NCBI GenBank assembly: GCA_036397835.1
Contig: DASWIG010000349.1
Span: 962-64,961 of the forward strand
Origin: Thermoanaerobaculia bacterium
Lineage (GTDB): Bacteria > Acidobacteriota > Thermoanaerobaculia > Multivoradales > J023
Reading direction: 5' to 3'
DNA length: 64,000 nt
Shown here: positions 16,563 through 51,593 of the stretch, piece after piece
How positions within the stretch are numbered: position 1 is the stretch's first letter
Layout of the letters: the number at the start of each line of letters is the position of its first letter
Position numbers and translations under genes: made by a program
Notes under the pieces: model-generated
What the model was told of the DNA's origin: nothing
Database searches by the model: none
Seen by the model: the letters and a program-made list of their open reading frames with translations, nothing else

Positions 16563-18997
16563 CTATTCCTCCCGGATGATCTTCATCGGGTCGGTGCGGC
16601 TCGCCCGGAGGGTGGGGGGCAGGACTGCCAGGACGGCGACGCCGAGGAGGCCCAATAGCACGAAAGCGAAGGTCGCGGGATCGGACGCGCTGACCCCGAA
16701 GAGGAAGCCGCCCAGCAGAGCCCTGAGGGCCAGGAGGATGGCGATGCCGACCCCCATCCCCACGAGGGCCGGTCTCAGGCTGCGGACCATCATCAGCCGC
16801 AAGATCCGCGGACCGGTCGCACCCATGGCCATGCGGACGGCGACCTCGTGCCGTTGCTCGCGGACGCTGTTGCTCACCACTCCCCACAGATCGACCAGCG
16901 CCAGGATCAGGGCAACGCCGGCGAACAGGGTGAGGAGCAGGGTGCTGAAGCGCTCCTTGGAGATTTGCACTCGGAGGACCTCGTAGAGAGTCCTGGCGGC
17001 GGCGATGGGTTGCTCCGGGTCGATCCGGTGCAAGAGCTCCCGAAAAACGGGGAGCACCGAGAGCGCCGGGACGCCGGTGCGAATCAAGACGTTGACCTTG
17101 CGTTGGGGTACCTGCTGCAGCGGCAGGTAGAAGGTCGGATGAGGAGTCTTCCCCTCCGACGAGAGGGAATCGTCCACCACCCCGACGATGGTGAAGGAGG
17201 AGGGCCGCTCCGGTCCCCACACCCACTGGGCCGCCGGGGTGAAGAGGTGAGACCCGAGAGGATTTTGCTCCCCGAAATGCTTGCGCACCAGGGCCTGGTT
17301 GACGACGACCACCGCGGGCGCAGCGACGTGATCGCCGTGGTTGAAATCCCGTCCCGCGAGCACTTCCATGTCCAGGGATTCGAAGTAGCCGACGCTGACG
17401 GTGCGAAACAGCCCGCCCATTCTCTCTCCCAGCTTCGGCTCGACGCCTTCCAGTCTGAAGCCTGCCAACCAGTTGGCCTCCAGGGGATGATCGTAGGCCG
17501 CGACCGCGGCCGCCACTCCGGGAATGGCCCGGACCCCGTCCAGGAGCTGCTGGTAGAAATCGTTGAGCTGGGGCATTGCCGAGTAACTCTGTTCGGTGTG
17601 CGACAGCTCGACGATCAGCAATTCCCCACGCTCCAATCCCAGGTCCACCGCCTGCAAGCGTTTAAAGTTCTGGGCCAGGAGGGTGGAGCCGATCAAGAGC
17701 ACCACCACCAACATCATTTCGACGGCCACCAGGGCGCGATGGACACGGGCTCCCCGGCGGCCGCCGGCGACGGACCTGCCGGCGCGCAAAGCGCTCTCGA
17801 GGTCACGCCAGCGGATCTGACCGGCCGGGATCAACGAGGATATCAAGACGATCAACAGCGAGAGCAGAATCGTCACGCCCACGACCCGGTAGTCCATGGA
17901 CAACTGGTCCAGCCGCGGGAGCTCGCGGGGGGCCAGATGGGGAATCAGGCGCAGTCCCCAGATGCAGAGCAACAAACCCAGGAGGTTGCCGATCACGACG
18001 AGGACGGCACTCTCCACCAGGAACATCCTGACCACGTCGGCCTTCCCGGCACCGAAGGCGGAACGGATCGCCAGCTCCCTGTTCCGGGACATGACGCGCA
18101 CCAGCAAGAGGCTGACGACGTTGGCGCAGGCGACGATCACCAGCAAGGCCACGGCCACGGCCAACAAGTACAAGGGCCGACGGATCTTTCCCACCGCCTC
18201 CTCCGTCAGTGGGATCACCGCCGCCTTCTTCTTTTCGTTGGTCGCGGGGAAGTCCTGGGCCAGTTGGCCGGCGATCCTGTCCATCTCGATCCGCGCGCTT
18301 TCCAGGGTCTCTCCCGGGCCGAGCCGCGCCAGGACCCCGTGGATGCCGGACTGATCCGGCGGACCCGGGGGTCTGGGAATCCAGTAGAACGGCCGTTCCA
18401 AGTTGAAGGTCCAGACGCCGGAGGGCTCGGCGAGCTCCGGCAAGAGAAGCCGGGGCATGACCCCGACGACGGTGTAGGGTTGCTCGTCGAGGAGGAGAAC
18501 CTTTCCGATCGCCTCGCGATCAGCTTGCAGATGCGTGGACCACATGGGGTAATTGACCACGATGGTCCGCTCGGCCGCAGGCGTGAAGTCCTCCACCTGG
18601 AACGTTCGGCCGTAAAAGGCCGGGACCCCCAGCAAAGGAAAGAAATCTTCGGTCACCAGGGTGCCGACCACCTGTTCGGGCCGCTCCAGGGAGGTCAGAG
18701 CACCGGTGGAGAAGCTCACCATGGCCATCTTGTCGAAGACCTGGCTGCGCTCGTGCCACTGTCCGAAATTGAAGCCGGTGGTTCGCTGCTTGTCCCAGCC
18801 TTCCGAAAGTACCGAGTCCCAAATCGCCACCAGGCGTTCCGGGCTCGCGAGGTCCAGGGGCTTGAGCAGGATGGTGTCGATCAGGCTGAGGATCACGGCA
18901 GCGGCACCGATGGCGATGGCCAGGATGAGGATGACCAGCGAGCTGACTCGCCAATCGCGGCGCAGGGAACGAAGTGCCTGAGTGAGGTTTGAGCCCG

Positions 18998-19001
<4 letters not shown>
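16563..19001 (-). CDS. FtsX/MacB-like ABC transporter permease (two FtsX domains). No fused or adjacent ATPase.
   Basis: About 812 aa from ATG 19001 (MTGSNLTQALRSLRRDWRVSSLVILIL...). That ATG overlaps the TGA of the upstream megasynthase (ATGA). N-terminal TM, large periplasmic domain, FtsX-type 4-TM bundles. Confidence 0.75.
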
Positions 19002-35809
<16,808 letters not shown>

Positions 35810-35833
35810 GACGTTTCCTGCCTGCTCCGGGAC

Positions 35834-38800
35834 TCAGAAGTCGTCCAGGTCGTCGGTGAACACGGGGATCGGCTCGGATCCGGAGCCGATCGGCAGACGG
35901 AGCTCGCGGATCGGCTTGTGGGGATGGTCGACCAGCTCCTCGAGCAAAGCCAGGAAGTTGAACGCCAGCCGCTCGATGGTGGCGCCGTGGAACAGCTCCC
36001 GCCGATAGAGGACGACTCCTTCCAGGTGGTCTTCGTGCGCGCTGAACTGGAACGTCAGGTCCTCGATGGCAAGGTCCAGGGCGGGCACCGTGACCCGCAG
36101 CTCCTGGTCCTCGGCGAGGGCCTGAGGAGGGAGGGCGTCCTGAAGGACGAAGAGGGCCTGGTACAGAGGCGGGCCGCCCCGATCCGTCCGCAGCCGTTCG
36201 ACCAGCCGTTCGTAGGGGACGTCCTGGTGGGCCCAGGCCTCGAGCACGGTTTCCCGCGTCCGGGCCAGGAGCTCCACGCCGGTGGGATTCCCGGACAGGT
36301 CGACCTTCAAGACCAGGGTATTGAGGAAGCAACCGATCAGGTGATCGAGCTCCACGTGGTTGCGCCCCGCCACCGGCGCCGCCAGGGCGACCTCGCAGTG
36401 GCCGGCGAAGCGGGACAGCAAGACGTGCAGGACCGCCAGCAGCGACATGAAGAGCGTCGTCCCCTGCTCGCGTCCCAGCTTCCGCAGCCCCGTGGTCAAG
36501 CCCTTCGGCACCCCGACCGGAACCCGTCCTCCCCGGTGGCTCGGCCTGGCGCGGCGCCGGCGATCCGCAGGCAGCTCCGGCACGGTCGGCGGGTCTCCCA
36601 AGGCCGCTTGCCAGAAAGCGATCTGAGCCTCCAGGATCGGCCCCTGCTCCAAGTAGTGACGCTGCCAGCGAGCGTACTCGGCGAATCGGACGGGCAGTGG
36701 CGGGAGATTCGGCGAGGCGCCGGCGGCCAGCGCGCGATAGAACGCTCCCAGCTCGTGGCCCAGCAGCCCCAGAGACCAACCGTCGAGGATCAGGTGGTGG
36801 GCGGTGAGCAGCAGGACGTGGTGGCGGGGCTCCAGGCGCACCAGCACCAGACGCAACAACGGCGCCCGGGCGATGTCGAAGCGGTGCTGCGCCTCGCGGG
36901 CCAGCGCGCGCAGGGTCTCCCCTTGCCGAACGTCCCCGGGCAGGCCGGTGAGGTCCACCAGCGGCAGCTTCACCGGCCACGGTGCGACGATCTCCAGACC
37001 GGGCTGGCCGTCGACCTCCGGCAACGCGGCCCGCAGGACCTCCTGGCGCCGGCACAGCTCCTCAATGGCCCGGGCGAGGAGCGCTGGCTCGAGCCCGCCT
37101 GAGAACTGCACCAAGACCGGCAGGTTGAAGGCCGGATTGCCGGGATCGAGGCGATCGAGGAACCACATCCGCTGCTGGGCGAAGGAGACCTGCAGCGGCT
37201 CCCGGAGGGGTTCCGTGAGGGAGCTCGGTGCCGGCCAGGCGACCTCCTGCCGTCGCTGCGTTGACAAGGCCCGGGCCAGGGAGGCCACCGTCGGGCTCTC
37301 GAAGAGCTGTCGCAGGGAGACCTCCCGGTCCAGAGTCCGGCGCAAGCGGGCGACCACCCGGGCGGCGAGGAGGGATTGTCCTCCCAGCTCGAAGAAGTTG
37401 TCGTGGATCCCGAACCGGCTCGGATCGGTCTCCAGGATCTCGGCCCAGGACCCCGCGATGAGCTCTTCCAACGGGGTGCGGGACAAGATGGGAGGCGCCG
37501 CGCCGCTTTTCTCCGCGGTCTCGGGCGGCCGCAGGGAGCGGCGATCGACCTTGCCGTTGGCGGTCAGCGGGAGGGCCGCCAGGGGGATCCACTGCTCCGG
37601 GACCATGTAGGCCGGCAACTCTTCTTCCACGGCGCGGCGAAGCACGGCCACCGGCGCCTCCGGAGGCACGAAGAACGCCGCCAGACGCCGCTGTCCCCGG
37701 GGGTCCCCGAGGGCCGTGACCACCGCCGCGCGGACGGCCGGCTGGCGGTTGAGCACGGTCTCGATCTCGCCCAGCTCAATGCGATGGCCCCGGATCTTGA
37801 CCTGGAAGTCCTCACGGCCGAGAAACTCGATTTCGCCATCGGGCAGGTAGCGGCCCCAATCGCCGGTCCGGTAGAGGCGTTCGCCGGTAACCGGGTGGGG
37901 GACGAAGGCGGCGGCGGTGGCCGCCGGCTGCCGCCAATAGCCTCGGGCGAGGCCGCCGCCGCCGATGTGGAGCTCGCCGGGGACCCAGACCGGCCGCCGG
38001 CGCCGGCACGAATCCAGGACCTGGAGGCTCTGGTTCGTCATCGCCCGCCCGTAGGGGATGCTCGCCCAGCCGGGGTCGACCTCGACGATCGGGTAAAGGA
38101 CGGACCAGATCGAGGCCTCGGTGGCCCCCCCCAGGCTGACGACCGCAGCGTGCTCCGTCCGGGCCCGGAGGCGTACCGGCAGATCTGTCGGGATCCAATC
38201 GCCGGAGAGCAGAATCAGGCGCAGGCTGGCCGGCAAGGGGGTGGGGCGGACTTCCAGGGAGTCCATGAGCATCACCATCAGGGACGGGGTGGAGTTCCAC
38301 AGGCTGATGCCCTCCGCCGCCAGGAGGTGCAGCCAGTGCTCCGGGTCGCGACGCGCCTCCTCCGCCGGGAAGATCACCCGGCCGCCCGCAGCCCACAGGC
38401 CGAAGAGATCGTAGACCGACAGGTCGAAGCCCAGGGACGACAGGGCCAAGATCCGGTCCTCAGGCCCGACGTCAAAGCGGCGTTGGAGGTCGAGGATGGT
38501 ATTAACCGCTCCCCGGTGATCGATCATCACGCCCTTGGGATGGCCGGTGGAACCGGAGGTGAAGATGGTGTAAGCCAGGTGATCCGGGCAGCCCGGATCG
38601 GGCACGGTTGCGGCCGGGCCGCCGGGAGCTTCCACCGGCATGGCCACGACGCCGTCCGGCCAAGCCAGGGAGCTCGCCAGGTGGGCCTCGGTGAGGGCGA
38701 TTCCCACCTCGCCGTGGCACAGCAGATGGTGGCGCCGGGCCTCGGGCAGTTGGGGATCCACGGGCAGGTAGGCCGCGCCTGCCTTGAGCACCGCCAGCAC

Positions 38801-41800
38801 CGCCACCGCCTGGCGCCAGCCCTTTTCCAGCACTACGGCCACCAGCCGATTCGGGGCCGCGCCCCGCAGCCGCAGCCGATGGGCGAGGTTGTCGGAGCAC
38901 CGATCGAGCTCCCCATAGCTGAGGTGCCGGCCCGCCGCCACCGCCGCCACCGCCTCGGGACGGCGGGCGGCCTGGGCCCGGAACAGCCCGTGCAAGGTCT
39001 GGTCCGCGCTCGCGGCTGCGGGCTCGGGTTGCGGGCTCGCAGTCGCGGGCAAGAGAGACGGCACCGGCTCGTTCCAGGCCCGGGGATCCTCGGCCAGCCG
39101 GCGGAGCCAGCCGCAATACCCGGCGAAGAGCTGGTCGAGCAGACCGGGCGGAAAGGCGTCGTCGACGGCATCCCAGTTGAACGCCAAGCGGTCGTCTCGT
39201 TCCCCCACCTGATGATCCAGCAAGACCTGAGGGGTCTGGCTGATGCTGTAGACCGACTCCCTCTCGATGCCCAGACCGTCCCATCCTCCCCATTCCTCGG
39301 TGCTTTGGTCGATACCCAGGAGACTGGTGAAGACCACCGGCATGATCACCGGCCCGGTCCGCCGCTGGCGGGCGGCCAGCTCCCTCAGCACCTGGACGCC
39401 GCTGAAGTAGCGGTGGTCCAGGTCTCCCCAGAGCTGGCTTTGCAGCCGCCTGGCCTGGGTTTCGAAGGTCCCCGGATCCCCCATCTTCACCTCCAGCAGG
39501 AGCGTGGAGGTGAAATCCCCCACCAGCTCGTTGACCTGCGGATGCATGGGCAGGCGATTGAAGAGGGTCAGGTTGAGGACGAAGTGAGGCTGCCGGCTCC
39601 ATTGGGCCAAGCATTGGGCGAAAACGGCGAGCAGCAGACCGGCGGAGGTGATGCCCGAGCTCTTGCACCGCTCTTTCAATGAGCGCCACAGGTCCGGTCC
39701 GAGCTCGCCGCTCCGGCGGACGAAGCGGGGCCGGCGCAGCTCGGTAAGGGAGGTGACGAGCGGCAGCTCGGGAGCGGAGGGTAAAGCGTCCAGGCGCCGC
39801 AGCCAGTAATCCCGGGAGCGCCGGTAGAGCTCGCCCTCGCGCATGGCCTCCTCGGCCAGGACGTAATCTCGGAAAGACAGCTCCAGGGGCGCGACGGCGG
39901 CGTCGGGGTCGGCGTAGAAGCGGCACAGGTCGCGAAACAGCACCAGGAAGCTCAGCGCGTCCCCCAGCAGCAGGTCGAAGCTGAAGTGGAGCCGGCAACG
40001 GTCTTCCGCGAGCCGGCTGGCCCGCAGCTCGAAGAGCGGCCACTGCTCGCACGGACGGACCTGATGGGACATCTGACCCCGGATCTCCGACAGAGCCCCC
40101 TCCGTCGCCGCCGCTCCCAGGCCGCGCAAGTCCGCCGTCCGGACGTCGTAGGGCGGCACGTCGGGCAAGATCCGCTGGCGGCCGTTCGGGTCGATCACCG
40201 CCCGCAGCATGGGCTGATGCCCGATGAGCTTGCGGAAGGCGGAGGTCAGCCGTTCCAGGTCCAGATTCCGAAAGTCCATCTCCTCGTAGCTGTGGGTCGC
40301 CACCCCACCCAGCTCCATGCCCTCCGACCGGCCGATCCAATAGGCCTGCTGGACGTCCGTCAGGGGGAAGCTCTCCTGCCACCGCTCCGGATCCGGGGTG
40401 ATGGCGGGGAGCTGGGCGACCTCTCCGCCCTCTTGCCGTGCCTCGGACACCAGCTCGGCGAGAGCGGCGACGTGGGCGGACCGGAAGAAATCCTGCAGGC
40501 CGACGTCGACATGGCGGGTCCGGCGGACCTGGGCCATCATCTCCGTGGCCAGGAGAGAATCTCCGCCGAGCTCGAAGAAGTCGTCGTAGACCCCCACCGG
40601 CTCGACGCCCATGAGCCGTTGCCAGAGGCCCACGAGGATCTCCTCCTCGGGATTGCGGGGTGCGGCGTAGGGGGTTTCCAGCTCCGGGCGGCCGTGCTCC
40701 AGCGGTGTGTCCATCCGCTCCGCGGCGCCGGCGGTCGTCGTGGTTTTCGTGCCCTCCGGAAAGCCGGAAATCAGGCCGAACCCGGCGGGGGGATCGATCC
40801 AGAAACGCCGTCGCTGAAAGGGGTAGACCGGCAGGGGCAGGCGCCGGCGGCGCTCTTCGCCGTAGTAGCCGTCCCAGTCGATCTCTACTCCGGCCAGCCA
40901 CAGCCGGCCCAGGGTCGTGAGGAGGAAAGCGTCGTCCGCTTCGTTCCGGTCCGCGGGAGGCAGGGAGGCAAGCGCCACCCGCTCGCCGCCGTAGCCCGGG
41001 TGGCGCCGTGCCAGGCGGGTCAGGGCGTGTCCCGGCCCCACTTCCAGGAGCACCTGGCTCGGCTCGTTCCAGAGCTCGCCGAGGGCGTCGCCGAAGCGCA
41101 CCGGCCGGCGCAGGTGCTCGAGCCAGTAGGCCGGTTCGACGGCGGCTTCGGGCTTCAGCAGCGTGCCGGTGAGGTTGGAGAAAACCAACTCCTGCGGCGG
41201 TTTCAGGGTCACCCGCTCCAGCGCGGCGGCAAAGGGCTCGGACACCGGCTCCATCATCGCCGAGTGGAAGGCGTGGGAGGTATGGAGGAGGCGGCAGGTC
41301 AACCCCTCCTCCTCCAGGCGTTCCCGCCAGGCAGCCACCGCCTTCCGGGACCCCGAGACCACGCAGCGATCCGGACCGTTGACGGCCGCCAGGTCCAGGG
41401 AAGCGCCGAGGCGCTCCCGGACCTGCTCCGCCGGCAGCCGGACGGAGAGCATGGCGCCCTCCTCCAGGCCCTGCATCAGGCGTCCCCGCAAGGCCACCAG
41501 CTCCAGGGCGTCCTCCAAGGAAAAAACTCCCGCCAGGCACGCCGCCACGTATTCCCCGAGGCTGTGGCCTAGCATCGCCTGGGGGCGCACGCCCCAGGAA
41601 AGCCACAACCGGGCGAGGGCGTACTCGAAGGCGAAGAGCGCCGGCTGGACCTCGGCGGTCGCCTCCAGGGGCCGGGCGCCGTCGCCCCGGGACGGGAACA
41701 GGATGGTCAGCAGGTCCGGCTCCAGGTGGGGTTTCAAGATCTCCGCACAGCGGTCCAGCCAGTGGCGGAAGGTGGCTTCCTCCCGGTAGAGGTCCTGGCC

Positions 41801-43437
41801 CATACCGGCGTACTGGCTTCCCTGGCCCGGAAAGAGGAAGGCCACCGGCCGGTCGGTCTCGCGAAAGCAGCGTTGGAGCAACCGCCGGGGATCCCGGTCC
41901 CGGAGCAGGCGCACCGCTTCCCGGCCCTCGCCGGCGAGGAGGGCGCGACGGTGTTGACACGGCTTGCGTCCCACCTGCAGGGTGAAGGCCACGTCCGCCA
42001 GGTCCGACTCCGGATGCTGCTCCAGGTGATCGGCCAGACGGTCCGTGGCCTCCTCCAGAGCCGCGCCGTCGCGGGCTGAGAGCAGGAGCAGCCGCCACCG
42101 CCGGGCCGCCGGATCGCACGGCACGGCGGGCGGGGCCTCCTCCAGCACCGCGTGGGCGTTGGTGCCCCCGATCCCGAAAGAGCTGACCCCGGCGCGCCGC
42201 GGGGTTCCATTCGTATCCCAGTCCCGGAGCCGGACGTTGACGACGAACGGCGTGCGGCGGAAGTCGATCTTCGGATTGGGGGCCTGGAAGTGAAGGCTGG
42301 GGGGGATCTGGCCGTGCTCCAGCATGAGGACGGTCTTGATCAACCCGGCGATTCCGGCGGCGGTGTCCAGGTGACCGATGTTGCTCTTGACCGAGCCCAG
42401 GGCGCAGCGGCCGGGCCCGGCCGCCGGTCCGAAGGCCTGGCGCAGGGCCTCGACTTCGACCGGATCCCCCAGCGCCGTGCCGGTGCCATGGGCTTCGACG
42501 AAAGTGATGCTTTCGGGCGGCACCTCGGCGAGCTCCAGGGCCGCCCGGATCACCCTTCGCTGTCCCTCGATGCTGGGGGCGGTATAACCCACCTTGTGCC
42601 GGCCGTCGTTGTTGATCGCCGTGCCCCGAATCACGGCGTGGATGGTGTCACCGGCCGCCACGGCGTCTTCCAGCCTCTTGAGGGCCACCACCCCCACCCC
42701 ATCTCCCGCCAGGGTGCCCCGGGCCTGGGCGTCGAAAGGCCGGCAGTGACCGTCTGGGGAATGGATCCCTCCCTCTACGTAGCGATAACCCCGCTGGCCG
42801 AGCAACCTCACCGTCACGGCTCCGGCCAGGGCCAGGTCGCTCTCGCCCGCCTGCAAACCCTGGCACGCCAGGTGGACCGCCACCAGCGAGGTGGAGCACG
42901 CGGTCTGTACCGTGACGCTGGGACCGGTCAGGTTGAGCTTGTAGGACGTACGGGTGGCCAGGTGATCCTTTTCGTTGGCCAGGAGCAGTGCGTGCATCCC
43001 CAGGTCCGCCACCAGGCAGGGATGCGCGCTGAGCTGCATGACATAGGTGTTGGTGGAGGCTCCGGCGTAGACCCCGATGGGGCCGGCGAAGCGTTCGGGG
43101 TCGACGCCCGCGTGCTCCAGGGCACTCCAGGCCGTTTCCAGGAAGAGGCGGTGCTGAGGATCGAGGATCTCGGCTTCCCGCGCCGTGAAACCGAAAAAGT
43201 CGGCGTCGAAGAACTCGACGCCGGCCAGGTAGCCGGTCGCCGGGACGTAGCTCGGATCGGCGAGGACCTCGCGGGGCACGTCCGCGAGCAGCTCGTCGAT
43301 GGAAAAACGGCGGATGGATTCCACCCCGGCGCAGAGATTGTGCCAGAAAGCATCGACGTCGTCAGCGCCCGGAAACCGCGCCGCCATCCCGACGACCGCC
43401 ACTTCCAGGCCACTTGCCTGTTTTCCCGGGTCCTTGC

Positions 43438-43441
<4 letters not shown>
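35834..43441 (-). CDS. Hybrid PKS-NRPS, 2535 aa. Domain order KS-AT-ACP-Cy-A-T-C.
   Basis: KS (TACSTS near 42890-42910; HGTGT; NIGH). AT GHSLGE...HAFHS (malonyl-type motif). ACP GGDSL. Heterocyclisation domain with FPLTDVQQAYWIGR (about 40327-40370) and DxxxxDxxS (FDLLLGDALS, about 39948-39980). A domain with DLY..W-type residues at Stachelhaus positions 235/236/239/331, compatible with Cys; A10 NGKVDR. PCP GGQSL. C-terminal C (HHLILDGWS). Start ATG overlaps the upstream stop (ATGA). Confidence 0.88.
39030..40370 (-). other. Heterocyclisation (Cy) domain (approximate)
   Basis: N-terminal Cy signature FPLTDVQQAYWIGR and the DxxxxD motif replacing HHxxxDG. Both were located in the DNA by reverse-complement matching. 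Confidence 0.7.
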
Positions 43442-49502
<6,061 letters not shown>

Positions 49503-49506
<4 letters not shown>

Positions 49507-51593
49507 CGAGCGTCCTCCGGCAAGACCACGTCTTGCTGGCGCACCGAGGCCTGCCGTTCCAGGAAGCTCTCGATCTCCCCCGGTTCGATGCGAAAACCGC
49601 GAATTTTGACTTGCTGATCGATCCGGCCCAGGAACTCGATCTCTCCATCTGCCGCCAATCGGGCCAGATCGCCGGTCCGGTAGAGGCGCTGGTCCGGCAC
49701 CTCTGCAAAGGGGTCGGGGATGAATCTGCTGGCGGTCTGTCGCGGACGTCCCAGGTAGCCACGGCCCACCTGGATTCCTCCGATGTGGAGATGGCCCGCC
49801 ACTCCTATGGGTAGAGCGTGGTCGAGAAGGTGAATGCGGGTATTGAACACCGGCCGCCCGATAGGGACGCTCATCTCGCCGCCGTCCGGAGCACAGGTAT
49901 GGGAGGTGACGTCGATGGCGGCCTCGGTGGGACCGTAGAGATTGTGGAGCTCGGTCTTGAGATGCCCAAATCGTTTGCAGAAAAGACGCTCGTGCTCCGG
50001 CGTCAGGGCCTCGCCGCTGGCGATGATCCGCCGCAGGTTGGTGATGTCGGAAAGGCCCGGCTCCCGGAGAAAGACCCCCAGCATCGACGGCACGAGGTGC
50101 AGGACCGTCACCCGCCGTTCCACGATGAGGGACGCCAGGTAGGCGCTGATCCGGTGTCCCTCCGGTCGGGCCATCACCAGCCGCGCCCCCACGAGAAGAG
50201 GCCAGAAGAGCTCCCACACCGAGACGTCGAAGCTGATCGAAGTCTTTTGCAGCACACGGTCGGCCGGGGTGAGAGGATATGTTTTCTGCATCCAGAAGAG
50301 TCGATTGCAGATCGCCCGATGAGAGTTCATGGTTCCCTTCGGGCGCCCCGTGGAGCCGGAGGTATAAATCATGTAGGCGAGCTGCTCCAGGGCCACAACG
50401 TCTCTCGCGTGTTGTCTGCCTCTGCGGGCGTGTGCCCTCGTCGTCCCACGGAGTACGAGTCTTCCGGTAACCGGATCGCCTTCGACCACCACGGCGGCGC
50501 CGGAATCCCTGAGCATGAAGGCCAATCGTTCCTGGGGATAGGATGGATCGAGAGGTACGTAGGCGCCGCCGGCCTGGAGAATCGCCAAAAGCCCCACCAG
50601 AAGCTCGGGCGACCGCTCCAACGAGATCGCGACCCGTATCTCCGGTCCCACCCCGAGGTCGCGCAATCGCCCTGCCAGGTGGCCCGCCCGAGCTTGGAGC
50701 TCCCCGTAGGTGACAAACTGCTCTCCGATCTCCAGTGCCACCGCGTCCGGAGTCCGTGCGGCCTGTGATTCGAAGAGCTCCGTCAAGCTCTGCGGGCCGG
50801 CAACAGGCACGTCCGTGTCGTTCCATTCCAGCGCCAGTTGATGTTTCTCTGCCGTGCTGATCAGGGAGAGCTCCCCCACTCGCCGTTGCGGATGAGCGCA
50901 AAGCTCCTCCAGCAGACCGGCGAAATGGACCTGCAGGCGGCGCAGCGTCACCCGGTCCCAAAGCTCCGTGCAGTATTCGAAAGCCCCATCCAAGGTGTCC
51001 CCCGACTCGGCCAGGGAAACCTTGAGATCGACGGGCACGGCGCTTGTTTCCGTTTCCAGAAAACGTATCACAAGATCCGGCAGATTGACGTCCTGGAAGG
51101 GAGCGTTGCCCCAGGCGAACGTCACCTGGAAGAGCGGCGAGCGCGATGGGTCCCTCTCCGGCTGCAGGGCGTCCACCAACTTCTCGAAAGGCAGATCCTG
51201 ATAGGCATGAGCCCCAAGGACTCGCTGATTGACCTGAGCGAGCAAGTCCAGGAAGCTCGGATCACGCTTCAGATTTCCGCGGAAAACCAGGTGGTTGACG
51301 AAAGGACCGATCAGGTCCTCGGTCTCCGCGTGAGGTCGATCGACGGGGGGCCTGCCTTTCCGGGCGAACGTCTTGCGAAGAACCTCGTGCCGTTGGACGA
51401 TTTTCCGGAAGCTCATCGCCAGCGCCGCACCGTCCGGGGCTCCGTCGAAACGCAGCACGAAGGGGGTGCTGTAGGCGGCGGTGCTTTGACCCGCCAGCGC
51501 GTCGAGAAACCAAAAGCGCTCCTGAGCCCAGGACAGGGGCAGCTCCCGGTCACGGCGGGCGGCGGCCGCCGAACCGCCGAACAGCTCGCTCAT
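49503..51593 (-). pseudogene. Degenerate C-A remnant gene (696 aa). C domain lacks the HHxxxDG core through an about-190-aa internal deletion. A domain is truncated after the A8 core (no A9/A10, no T). Near-duplicate of the C-A region of the downstream gene.
   Basis: About 90-93% nt identity between 49520-51560 and 44000-46650, compared by eye (for example 49941-50400 vs 44421-44880). Copy lacks the segment equivalent to about 45830-46400. ORF ends ...FLERQASVRQQDVVLPEDAR* whereas the intact copy continues ...VRQAVVTVRSYGTDDRRLVAYV.... ATGA-coupled to the upstream gene and GTGA-coupled to the downstream gene. Confidence 0.6.
49520..51560 (-). repeat. Direct repeat copy B (degenerate C-A coding segment)
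   Basis: Paralogous to 44000..46650 with an internal about-570-nt deletion and 3' truncation. Confidence 0.7.
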
